Shown here: one piece after another, positions 23,536 to 35,200 of the stretch | Numbering within the stretch: position 1 is the stretch's first letter | Layout: every line of letters begins with the position of its first letter | The notes under the pieces: generated by a model | The model's input: the letters and a program-made list of their open reading frames with translations, nothing else | What the model was told of the DNA's origin: nothing | Database searches by the model: none | From: Halocafeteria seosinensis | Lineage: Eukaryota | Direction: 5' to 3' | Length of the DNA: 48,422 nucleotides | Assembly (NCBI GenBank): GCA_001687465.1 | Contig: LVLI01000234.1 | Location: forward strand, 62,001-110,422 | Made by a program: the position numbers and the translations under genes

Positions 23536-26500
23536 ATGGCGGATTCTGGACATGATACCCCCGAAGACAAGCAGATGGAGAATGTGAATGAACTGGAGCA
23601 CAAAGAAGCACTTGCTCAGACTTCGCACACGCGTCGCAACCGCACCCCTCCAGAGTCTTTCCCCACTGCTGAGAGTAAGCACGACCCCGGGGACCATGGA
23701 CAAAAGGATGCGACAATTGCGGGGTACAAACCGGCCGAACGTCGTCACCATCGTTCTGCAGAGGACAGCCATCGAGCAAGAGAGCGGAGGAGTCAAGAAG
23801 CGCGTTTTTCCGGTAAAAGTGGTGGTACAAAGGATGAGCGCGATCAGAAACATTCCCGGAAATTGTCCCCACAAGGGCAGAAACTGCGTCTACGAAAATA
23901 TTTGGACAAAAAATTCTCCACGGCGGACTACGACCAGACGCTCTGCAAAATCTTTGCCGACCAGCAGCCCGGCAGTAGTGACAGCTCTGCGTTTCAAGTC
24001 CAGCAACTAGCCGGACGCTACTCGCCGGATTCCTCGAGTACTCAACCACTACCACACATGGTATCTACTGCGTATTATCCCCAGGAGGAAACAAAACATA
24101 GCACCCGTGGTAACAGCGTGTACTTAATTGAGCTGAATAAGCTGAGGAAGAAAAACCACACTTACAAGCACTTACTGAAGCAGAGCCGAAGTGATGTAAG
24201 CCAGCATACTTGTAAAAATTCGTGAAACCTGTGCTATCCGGTTATCGTATAGTTTTCACTACCGCAGATTAAGGAGATGCAGAAGATAGTAGATGATGCC
24301 GCTCACACCCAGCATAACCAAGTTGAGGAGAAAACCGCACTTTCGAGACAGTTGGAGAATGTAAAACATCAATATAGAGACATGGAAAGTTCTTACAAAG
24401 AGAGACTGGATCAGTTGCAGCAACAGATATCTCAATTTAAGGAAGAAAATGCAAGGCTCAAAGACCAGAACTCTATGATGGAACAACGTGAGGGAGAGTT
24501 GAAGAGTCAGATGCAGAGATTAGAGCAGGACGTCGAACGCGGTGAATCGAGAATAGCGGAACTCAATGAGCAAATCAAGGATAAACAGAAGGAGATGGAC
24601 CGGCTCAACGAGTCTCTAGCATCTGAGCAGACATCCCAGGAGAGAGTTCGTCAACTCCAGGAGGAACTGAGACACTCGCTGAGCGAACTTACTGAGGCTA
24701 AGCAAGGGTCAAAACTGGAGTTGCAACAATTACGGGATCGAAATAAAACGCTAGAAGCCAAAGTTTCTGATCTAGAAAACCGTATTGTTACACTTCACGA
24801 AGAGGCTGCGGGAAAGAAGCATTTGGAAAAGGAAAACGCTGATTTACGGGAATCGCGAGACTCATTTAAACAGCAGGTAGACTCGCTGCGAGAACAGTAC
24901 TGGAGTGAAAGGGAACGGTCCCTAGAATTGAATTACCGCTGTAAACAAGCAGAGGGGGAGATAAACAAAGTACAAACGGATCGCACGGCACAGCAGAAGC
25001 CTTCTCCGACAGTCAATCAAACGGATAGATCCACATTGAATCTGCTTCTTGCTCATAGAAGATGTTTCAGTGTCTCCCTTCCGCATGTAACTGCTAAGGA
25101 AAACAATCAAATCACTGTTGACACCAACTCGTTTTGCGAACTTATGGACACCATCCGAGCAACGCAGCGCATGGTGTCAGCGTTCGGGAGATGGAGAGCA
25201 TTGACGCTAGCCGGCCATTTGGAATGTGCGCAGCAGTCTAGAGAAAATGCAACGCTCGAATGTGGGAAATTGAGGGCCATTATCGCGTATCTCTCTAAAC
25301 AACTTTCACGAAAGCAAGCACTATTTCAGACTTGGAGTCTATGGAAATCTCTTCATCGACAGCGAGAGCTTCAGAAGGCTGGGCAAAACCCGAAAGAATC
25401 TTGTTCGGCCGCTGAGACAAAGCCAGGGGCACCCCTTGGAACGGTTGCCATCTCACGCACGAGTGCGATATCCCAGCAATCAGTAGGTGGCATGCAAAAT
25501 CATTGCGGTTCGTCTCATGGAGATGATGAGGCCGCCGGGTTTCCTACCAACGTGAATCCTGCTGAGGTGCCGGTGTCAAACCGTCAGACAGGTAACAATA
25601 ATAAACCTCCCGCGCCTCCAACTTCAGAGGGAATACATGCCTTGCAGAAGTCCCGAGTTGAAGAGACCGACAAACAATACGATGCTTCGGCGGCAACAGT
25701 GAACCATGGAATCGCTGATTCCGAATATGGTGCCCCCGATGGAATGAGACAAACGGAAGGTGACTTATCGCATGCTCCGTATGCAGGACGCTCCCCGTCG
25801 AAAGGGACCGTAGAGGGAGAAGCGGATCAACATCGAACCATACTCGCTTCCGAGCATAAAGAACATCACTTGCCATATCATCATAAACGTTTCACAACGG
25901 AAGCAGGAGTCACCGGACACGTTTCGGGGGAAGGGCATTCTACATCAACAGAAGCCATGAGGAGTGAAGAGTACCAGCAAGATCACACCACCATCGCATC
26001 CGAGCAAGATGAGCAGCACGTATCTAGTTATGATATGCGCTCGCCCGCTGTAGCTGTTGGGGAGGGAAGGTTGGACCAACAGGGGCGCAATAAACAAGAA
26101 ACGTTACAGGAAGAGTCAAGCAATGAATTAGCATTTGAGGCACAGCCGCCTACTCAGGAAAAAGAAATCCCGGGGGATTCCTTTAAACGGGAAAGACTCC
26201 GCGAACACGAGAGCGCCTCTGCTCCAAACGCCGTGCCCACTGCGTCAGTATACCCGAACTCAGTTTCAAGTGATGAGGGCACACCTATTTTGAGTAGCCA
26301 CAAACCACTAAATGTTGATGGGCACACTACGACACAGTGCTCTGCTTCGTCAGCTACTTTAGCTATCCAGGTTTCTACGGCGAACTGTTCGTCTGCAACA
26401 TCAGAGTATGATAGTCCGTTCCTTAACAAATATGAGGAGTCGGGTCAAACGGGATGGAAAGATGTCTCAGCGAATGTAGTTACGAGAGCAACACAGTATG

Positions 26501-28566
26501 CTGAAGGAACGGTCGTCCAGAACTGTCGTCAAACCCATTCTCAACAAGTTACGTCCGTAGAGAGGCAAGACGTTATGCCGATGCAATCTAAGCGGGAAAC
26601 GAAGCCTGGAAGAAGTCCACCATGGTATCCAGCAGGCCAGCAACTGGCAAACGCTGTAGTCAGGCTAACAAAGGCTTTCCGTGAGCAAAGTGAGCGCTCA
26701 GTCGAACGAACTATTTCAAAAACACCACAACCAACAGCAAACAAGCCAGACTCAACTGAAGCAGAAAGAAAGACGTCAGGCGCTAAACGTCCTGCGTGGA
26801 GATTTGACAGCTCTAGAAAACCTAAGAGGAGCCAAAGCTACGGCCCAGAACTCCGGAAGAAGCATTCTACGTCCAAAAAAGAAAGGTTCCCCTCGATTTT
26901 GACGAGAGGTGACAGCGTCGATGCTAGCCACGAGCGTCAGCGTCCAACAAGCCGAAGAAGGACTCCAAAACGGGCTAGCACTACTCGCTCGAGCAGCACG
27001 CCCCGCACAGCTACATGTATGGGCCGTAAACAGGATGCATTCTTTCCGGATGCTCCTGAAGAGTCACAGGATGTCCTGGAACACGATGAGGAAGAAGAGA
27101 AAGAACCGGAAGAGGCGGCTCAAGGAGAGGAAGAAAATCTCTCAGTTGAGGAACATGCTGAAGAAAACTTTAGATACGTAATGTTCTCCCCTTTCGGCAA
27201 CTTTTATGTCAAGAGTGCGATAGGAAGTTTCCCTCAAATTCGGGAGACCTGGTCATCTTCTATTGACGCTCTTTGGAAGTGGAACGAGCATACTCTCCGG
27301 AACGGAAGAGCAACGGATACGTGGGCGGACTGGTTCAACAGCTGCGTATCTTTGCGACAAAGCTTTCGGGGTAGCACAAGCAAAGAGGAGATACTTCAGC
27401 ACTACCCTTTGCTTAAGTCCCTGTTCACTGATGCAATCCTCCAGGAGAATCCTCAGGAGAACACACTGCAACTCGTGTCTTTGGTGTTCCATCGCTTGAT
27501 TTGTGCTTCAGACGAGGTCATAACTGATTTGACGCAGTCTGGAGGTGGGGAGAAATATAAAATATCTAGGGCTAGTGCTACAGACGACATCAAACGATTC
27601 GTCAGAGTGGAGGTAGGCATACAGAAACTGCAGCAGGATATTCTGAATTTGAAGAAGGACGAGACTGCGTTGGGAAGTCAATGCGAAGATTTGGGAGTCC
27701 AGGTTCGCGTCCACAACAGAAGGTTGATCCAACTTATAGGAGAACATCTTGGTCGCATTGTCAAGTTCCTTGTGAAATTTGCGGTCTGGAGCGGTCCGGA
27801 GAATGAGACAAACGAGCACTCTGCCGAAGACGCGTTGGGCCAGCTACATCACTTGCAAAAGTTGACTTCGCTGGTTGCTATATGTTGCAGCACCGGCTAT
27901 CTTGGAGTATTGCTGGAAACAAGTCTTGCTTTCGAATCCTCTCTTAACAAACGTTGCAAATTCTGCAAGAGTAAAATGTTCCATACATGGCTTCAATTCC
28001 TAAGCCAAGAATTTACTCGTGAGGTGCTCTCTCATGCGGCTACTCACTTGTCTACCAAATCGGAGCACGAGGAGTCTGATTCCTCCAGTGAAAAGTTTTC
28101 GTCAAAGATGGAGACTGCATTTAACATGCTAAATCGCCCGTCTGAGGGTTTTGTCACGGAAGACGAGGCTAAGGGGAACGAGTCAGCCCTCCGCAGCAGT
28201 CTCAGTCAAGGGTCTTCTGGAATTCTTCCTTTCGAGAGGTTCTCGCACATTGTAGGAGAACTGCGATCTACTTATGGTCTGAAAGAAACTTTGGAACAAA
28301 CGGCTGTCGAGGAACATGGAAAGCAACATTGCTTTATAGATACGCTGAACATGATGGTGAGGATCCTGCGGTACCTTCAGAATAGCTTGGAATCGAATCC
28401 AGATAACAAACACAGGCTTACAGAATCGGTCTCTCTGCTATTGGCATCGTTGCTCCTCAGGGCAACCTCCATTGTCACAATTGAATCGTGTCCAGATTCC
28501 AAGAATCGTCTTGGTTCCAAAGGAAGTAAGAGTGTCGGATCCAGGCGCACCAAAGACGAAGTCTAA
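23536..28566 (+). CDS. Very large coiled-coil / disordered protein of unknown function (about 1650 aa)
   Basis: Exon 23536-24195 splices (GTAAGC..CGCAG, phase 0) into the 1429-aa ORF at 24268. Long heptad region, two Trp motifs (AFGRWR, FQTWSLWK), a disordered middle and a helical C-terminus. Confidence 0.8.
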
Positions 28567-28829
28567 TGACATCGCAGCAGCTTGCCGTCTTGGGCTGAAC
28601 AGGAGAGACTAGGGTAAAGAGATGGATATACATTTTGTAAGGCAGCGTAAGTGTTACGCTTTTTACCATATGTTGAGAAGGGTTATATGCATCGTCTGGA
28701 AAGGGCAGATGCAACTTGATACAGTCTAGAAAAGTAGCAAAGGCTATTGATAGAGATAAGAAGGGATGAGTTCCCTTGGCTGGCTTGATGCAGCAGCCTT
28801 GAGTAAAGAAAATGAAACATAAGTGCTTT

Positions 28830-29711
28830 CTACGCAAAAGTCTGAATGGCTTCTCGAGACATGTGCTGTTTCAACAGCTGCGCTACCTCATCGTGTCCAG
28901 TGTGGACCGCGAGATCATACGGGGTTTGACCAGCCTGTAGACAAAATCGATAGGACGTCAAACAGGAGTGCGTTAACCAAGTTAATTCTAATGTATACAT
29001 ACAAAGTTCTTGAGCGTTAGATTGGCTCGTCCAGAGTCCAGTATGATTTGAGCTGCTTCCATGTAGCCCAAGTACGCTGCCCAATGCAGTGGTGTATGCT
29101 GGCTCTGGTCCATTGAGTTGACATCGGCATTATATTCGTTCACCAGCATTTCAATTATCTCCTCGGGGGGAGCAAAATTAGGGTGTTTGTTTGAATACAG
29201 CGGATTCTTGGTGGTCCGCTTCAAGATGCAGCCGCTTAGAGGTGTTTTATGATACTGCGTTCCACGTTCCGAGGTGACCAAGCAAGCTGTTGAACACTCA
29301 AAGAGGGGTGATTTCCACATACTTTGGGGTTCTTCCGGTCGACATCATCGGGGTATTTGTCAAGTAAAACTTGGGCGACTTTTTTGAAACCATTCTGACA
29401 GGCGGCATACAGGGGTGTTCTTCCTTCCTGCACGCATTCCATGACGCAGTTCCAAGCGACCCAAGAGAAGACAGGAATGGGAGATGAATACTGTTACGCA
29501 CCTCATCCAATCCGATATGGTTGATGTTCAAATGAGGGTACTGGGAGAACAAATGGGAGATGACCTTCGCGTCACCGGTGTCTTCACAGGCTTGTTTCAG
29601 CTCTCTTTTATCTTTGATTGTGAGCTTCAAGGGGAACTCCATGGCCACTTCGTCAGCATCTTCCCCTGCCGAGTGGGACGAGGAAGCGGGAGATGAGTGC
29701 TCGTTGCCCAT
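28830..29711 (-). CDS. Ankyrin-repeat protein C with N-myristoylation motif (4 exons)
   Basis: MGNEHS fits MGxxxS. Spliced motifs GRTPLYAAC, KTPL, ADVNSMD..HTPLHWAAYLG and GQTPYDLA, with phase-0 introns at repeat borders. Confidence 0.88.
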
Positions 29712-29986
29712 CGTACACTACATACCCGGTACGGAAGCTCCACTGTACAACCAACCGGGTAGCGAGGTTTCTTCGCCTTCAACAACACTTTGTACCAGTC
29801 GCTCTAGCGAGAATACAATACAGGCACCCTACGTTTGGTGCTCTATGTTCCTACCCAAAGACACTCTGTTTGTCTCAAAAAACTTACATACGCACGCATC
29901 AATTGCGTAGACAACACATTCGGGCGGTGAATACTATTCTACCGAGGGTGTTTGTTGCCTGTCTGCGACGTCCTGTGTGTCACCCA

Positions 29987-30082
29987 GTGTGTGCGGAGAC
30001 TGCAGGAACAGCGAGCCCGTCGCTGCTTAACACGCGTTAAGAGGATGCGGTCAACTTCCCGGCCGGTGGGCTATCTGTCACA

Positions 30083-30130
<48 letters not shown>

Positions 30131-30132
30131 GA
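29987..30132 (+). mobile_element. Short (TG)n-tailed retroposon-like insertion, copy 1, with 11-bp TSD
   Basis: Direct repeat gtgtgtgcgga at 29987-29997 and 30122-30132 flanks a structured body (29998-30084) and a (TG)22 tract (30085-30128, overlapping the TSD). Confidence 0.65.
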
Positions 30133-30242
30133 AGAAGGCGAGGAGATAGTCCCGTCGTTCTCCTCAAATCAGATTTTTACGCCGATGCTAGTGAGGATCG
30201 TTATCGATTGATATCTCTGTCGCTATACTTGATATCGTTGTG

Positions 30243-31060
30243 ACTCATCAGGGCAACCACCTACGGTAGTTTTACGATACCGGCAGTCGCAGAATTATCT
30301 GAGTCAAATACATCCGATTGGGAAAATGAATTAACATCAGTGATAACAAGCATCTTTGGTGATGATACCACGGAAGACAGAAGTAATCCGTTTAAGAGGG
30401 GAAACACGAGTGGACGCTTTGAAATTCGCAGTGGGGAGGAACTTTGAATGCAAATTCAATTAATTTTGGCAATCCAATATTACTTCACTCGAAGCACCCT
30501 TTAAACCTACAATCACATATAATTATAGCAGCAATGATGGAAACTATGTTAATAATCGATGGGCTGGTAGTTATATTCCGAGTAGTAGATCACGAAACAA
30601 AATAATGCCGGGAGATGATGAACCGAACATGAGACTTCGAACACTATGGATACTTTTTTGAATGCTTTTCACATCCGATGAAGTAACGGAGCAGGTCGGA
30701 AACGTTCATAATTATCTCAAAGTGGAATATCTTCACTAAAACAGAAGTGGATATTTTTACTATGGCAGGTCAAGCAAATATGACAGGACGTGGCAATAGC
30801 TCTTCAAACCCGAATCCAGAATTTGTTTTCTATCTAGACCCACAATATTGGAACAATCAAGAACGAGAATGGATACCATTTTTGACCAGGTTCACATCCG
30901 CTTTCATCCGGAAGATCCGTACTTACTATTGTACAGTCAACGCTCTCTTGTTTCGTTGGGGAAAATTCACTGAGCATTTTTTGGCCATTGAATGAAGGCG
31001 TGTTGTACCAGGACAGCACCCATTTGATTGGGAACGAACTCGAATGTCCACAGGAAGGCT
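30243..31060 (+). pseudogene. Frameshifted relic resembling a LamG-like domain end followed by a sialate O-acetylesterase (SASA) domain
   Basis: VDIFTMAGQANMTGRG matches the SASA N-terminal DIFILAGQSNMxGRG motif. It is preceded across frameshifts by GYFFE..V.NY..SKWNI. Multiple stops, visibly AT-rich, no introns evident. Confidence 0.55.
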
Positions 31061-31250
31061 TACCTGGAATGAGCCTGTTTTTGTTAAATCCAGTTAGAGC
31101 AAGAATGCTACCCGGTCAAAGAAGCCTCGACGTGTCTTCGGGTGTGGACACAAACATAACGGGCCTTCTGCCACTGCCGGCCATCCAGGCTATCAAGTCA
31201 ACGTGCACTGAACTTACCGTAAGTTGCTGAGCAACCGGCTCATTCCCGTT

Positions 31251-31460
31251 CGGTTCAGTGATTTACTGATCCAACTACCAGAACTTGGTAGCTTGCATTC
31301 GAAGGAATTTCAGAAGCAAGGAGCGGTTCCGTCCGGTTCAGTGATTTATTGATCCAACAACCAGCACCCATTCGCCCGCATTCGAATGAGCAGTTCATTC
31401 CCGTCGTTCGGCTCACTGATTTATCGGTCCAACTACGACGACTCATTGGCTCGCATTCGA
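31251..31460. repeat. Degenerate 52-bp repeat x3 with variable spacers, plus a partial copy at ~31800
   Basis: Cores like cggttcagtgatttactgatccaactacca..gcattcga start at 31251, 31334 and 31409. ggttcagtgatttatcactccaa occurs at 31800. Confidence 0.85.
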
Positions 31461-31611
31461 TTTAGTATCTGGAATATCCGTATTTACTACATGAGAAACT
31501 CTCTTTGTTCTTGCTGACAAATCCAAGGAGTGGACACCGTATGAAAGTACAGTATACAAAAATCAGCGGCCCAACAGGCTACGGTGTCAGTGGGCGAGGC
31601 CCTCTCGGCAT

Positions 31612-31669
31612 CCTCAGCACACACACACAAATGTGACAGATAGCCCACCGGCCGGGAAGCCTCAGCACA
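31612..31669 (-). mobile_element. Short (TG)n-tailed retroposon-like insertion, copy 2 (more 5'-truncated), with 10-bp TSD
   Basis: 31618-31659 is the exact reverse complement of 30055-30096. It is bracketed by direct repeat cctcagcaca at 31612-31621 and 31660-31669. Confidence 0.65.
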
Positions 31670-32209
31670 GCAAATTTCCCAAGCTTGTCTCTTAGATCCA
31701 ATAAGCGCGAGGGACTACTTCCCTAACGAAGGAGTATTGACATCCCCTTGCTCCAAGCGATCAACAGACACTGCTCAGCTTAGCGGTCCATTACAATTTG
31801 GTTCAGTGATTTATCACTCCAATTGACAGGAATCATACGCCACGGACGGTCTCATGGGTACTACTGTAAAACTTTGGCGCGACGTTCTTTCTTCCATTCC
31901 CCATTTTATGAATAAGGTGCACTAGGGAACATTACCCCATACAATTGATGAAACTAACTGTACCTGCAGCAGACTGGAAAAGTTTTTTTTTGTCGTTTTC
32001 CTAGCCGTGCAGGTAGCGTATAATACCAGTCGTACAAACTTGTTGTTAGCCGGACAAAGCAAAGACTAAACAGAGCTCGCTTTAGTTGTACACTCTGGGA
32101 TTGTTGTCTCTGCGGCTCCATTGTAGCACATACTTTTTCTTTTCGTGCTTTTCAAAAGGTGGTCCTTTGGTTTAGTTCCCTGCCGTAAAAAAGAGCTCTC
32201 ATAAGCTTC

Positions 32210-35200
32210 ATGATGTCGTCCTCCGGGGAAACACCCACTCGAAGGGGGAAGCGCACCCGACACGGTACGTACGATGCTACTCTCTCTAAGCCCTTTCTGT
32301 TTTCTGGTACACCGAGGATCCGGTCAACTTCCTGCTATCTGTCACACGTGAACTTCCTTCCTGCTCTCGGTCACACACTCGGTCCTTTAGTTCTTTCCAT
32401 GCCTCTTGTGCTCTGCTGCTTCCTTCCTAGTATTTTTTTCATCTGGATACGCTGAAACGTACCAGTAGACATTTGATTTCTAGTTTTGTTGTCACACAGG
32501 ACAAGAGCACGATGCAGGCAAGCAAGGACTTCCTGCCGACCGTACGTGACTCCTCAGAATCGCCATAGCTGGCGTTGTCGTGCTTAAAGTGCCATGCCCT
32601 TGATCTTGTCCGTCGTCATCCATTGTCCAATGCAGCACGTCAAGCACTAATAAAGTGGTTGCAAGAACGGCGGCTGTTATCTGACAGTCAGAAAACGGAA
32701 TGCGTCACACAGGTGGAACAGGATACGCTGCGGTTTGGAGACGTTCCTTTCACCTCCGAAGCAGAGGCTCAAACGTTCTTTAGGATTCTACTTGGAAGGG
32801 ACCACACGGATACGGCCAACCTTTTGGGCACACTCGCATTTACACAAAGCAGAGAGTACATGGGTGGTAAATGACTGCGATGTAAAGATGCTGCTATGGT
32901 GGTTTCATTCTTTATAACGACATTTTATTTGCAGGAAGCGGTACATCTACAAGTTCTAGTGGCGGAGCAGGTAAGTGAACTTTATGAGACTGTGAACCCT
33001 TGTTGCTATGTTGTTTCTTCCTTCGTATTGCTCGAAAATGGAGCAAGGGATAAAGGAGCTGTGCTACACGTAAAGAGACGGGGAAACTAGGGTAAATGGG
33101 GACCAATGGAAACATTACGATGGTGCAAGAGTGAAGGGAGTAGGGTGCGGTGAAGCTGCTTTTGTTACCAATTTGTTCTCGTAAACACTAAAGTTCAAAG
33201 CAGAAATCCGTATAGATGCTGCTGTGGTTTTGTTCTTTCACCACATTGCTGTGTTGTCTTGTTTTGCTCTATATTTGCAGGAACCTCGAGTTATCGTCCA
33301 GGTGAGTAAACAACACCAAAACTTAAAAGAATAATTGGTAGAGGAGCACGAATCCGCTACTGGTACTTCCTTCAGCATATGCTGCATATAGTTTCACCGA
33401 TGCATTGCCAATGTTTTTTCTATTGAACGCTACTGCTATGGTTTTATTCTTCCTTCACCATATTGTTGGCTGATATTGCTTTACTTCGTGTTTGCAGGAG
33501 GCGCTGCGGATTGGCCCGAACATCTTGGGACGGTGTCTACCGACGCGCTCTCTAAAGATTGTTATGAGATATTCGTCAATCGAACTAAAGATTTGGCAGA
33601 TTTGGCCTTGAGCATACACACATCATTTTTCGCCCACACAGATTCAGCGAGAAAGGTAACACCCTACACAGCCTTATCGGTTGGCTCTGGTAAAACACAG
33701 CTCGGGATACAGTGCCTTAGACAGTTTCATTTGCGAGAAGAGGAGATTAGGTCCAACCTCAGAGCGCGGGGTGACTTGTCGGAACCGCATATAGACGATG
33801 TAATGAACACAGTAAGAGGCATGGGTCTAGCTCATGCGTCGTTACTTCCGTCCAGTAGTGACAAAGACCGTAAGCACTTTCCCTCGTGGGCAACACAATC
33901 TATCCTTTGGTATGATGTTCTCGTTCTGGTTATTTGTTGCAGCTACTACTCTGGCATCTTTAATTATGTACCGTGCTCTCCTAGATGCGGTTCAATACGA
34001 CATGGCGTCACAGTCATATCGACGGGTTTTGAGCAATGAGCAACGAGACAGCTTCGAGGTGTTGTGGGATACCAAGCGGCATGTTCCTACTGCCAGTGAT
34101 GTGTGGCTCAAATTTTTGACCCTTATGGAGTGGGAACAAAGTGGTCATCCCCACGTGTTAATTCACGTCGATGAACTGGGAAACTACTCCCAAAGCAGCA
34201 GCGCTGACTATCGTGCTCCTGTGATGGAGCGAGTCAAACGAATCCGATACTTGTGGAGTGAATTCCCTCTGAAACAGCCAGGGCTTTCACTGTACCTTAG
34301 TAGTAAAGATGAGGATGTTGGCCGATTGCAACTGTTAAAGACAAAGACTAACGTACAGTCTCCCACGAGGTCCTTTCCCCTGTGGCTAACTACCCTAGAA
34401 CTGTCGCATGTCAAGGAGATGATTGCATTGCGGTTTAAGCGCCCGGTTCGTCATGCAGATATTACAAAAGCAGCCGAAATCGTACTCAAGTATAGCGGTG
34501 GCGCTCCCAGATTGATAACTGCACCGTTCGAGAGCAGTGAACTCAACGATCTACTCTGCGAAAAGAGAGTGGCTAAAGTGATGCAGTCTGTGGTCGCGGA
34601 TACATTTTCATATTGGAAAGTAAATGAGGGTGCGGTTGAGTATGTTGTCTTGCTCTTTATAGTAGCACAATGGAATTTGGCCATATGCCCTCAATCTTTG
34701 GTGGGTGGCGTAGCTGAACACATAAGAACGCTATGCTCTGAAAATCCTGATTTGATCTGGCGAGATAAGACTTACAATGAGATGGAAATGATAGATTTAG
34801 TTCGGATGTTGTACGGATACGTTAAATCCCGTGATGCAGCAACGGATACCATCGTAATATCTCTTCCGAAGTGCATCACTGAGAGTGTTGATTTTCGATC
34901 TCTTGTAGACGAGTTAGATCGGAGTGCGCAGTTGATGTCGTTAGTCGACTGGGCCAAGTGCAATACGGACGACCATTTTGAGCTCTTAGTTCCCTTTGTC
35001 ATCCGAATGAGAGTATCGGTTTTCGGATTGCAGTACACCTCAACCAAAGCCCCGTTACTGTGGAGACATGCCTTTGGCGGGATTCCAGCAGAGGCTACGG
35101 TTTGGGGCAACCAGCCAGCGAGAATTGAAACTATGCGATTCATCCCCGCGGTTCTCAATGAGAAGGGTCCGAGGAAAACGCTAAAGGGAAAGAGAGAGGA

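Noticed and set aside
30640..30720. piggyBac transposase-like FF..F.SDE..NY motif with nearby TTAA sites
   Set aside because: No DDD core or CCC/GGG termini follow. The downstream SKW and SASA motifs fit a LamG-SASA relic better.
31251..31460. CRISPR array
   Set aside because: Eukaryotic context, no cas genes, long and diverged repeats, and spacers that are partly similar to each other.
30055..31659. 1.6-kb DNA transposon/MITE bounded by 42-bp terminal inverted repeats
   Set aside because: There is no shared TSD outside the pair, each arm has its own flanking direct repeat, and the 52-bp repeat family continues beyond the right arm. Two retro-insertions explain it better.
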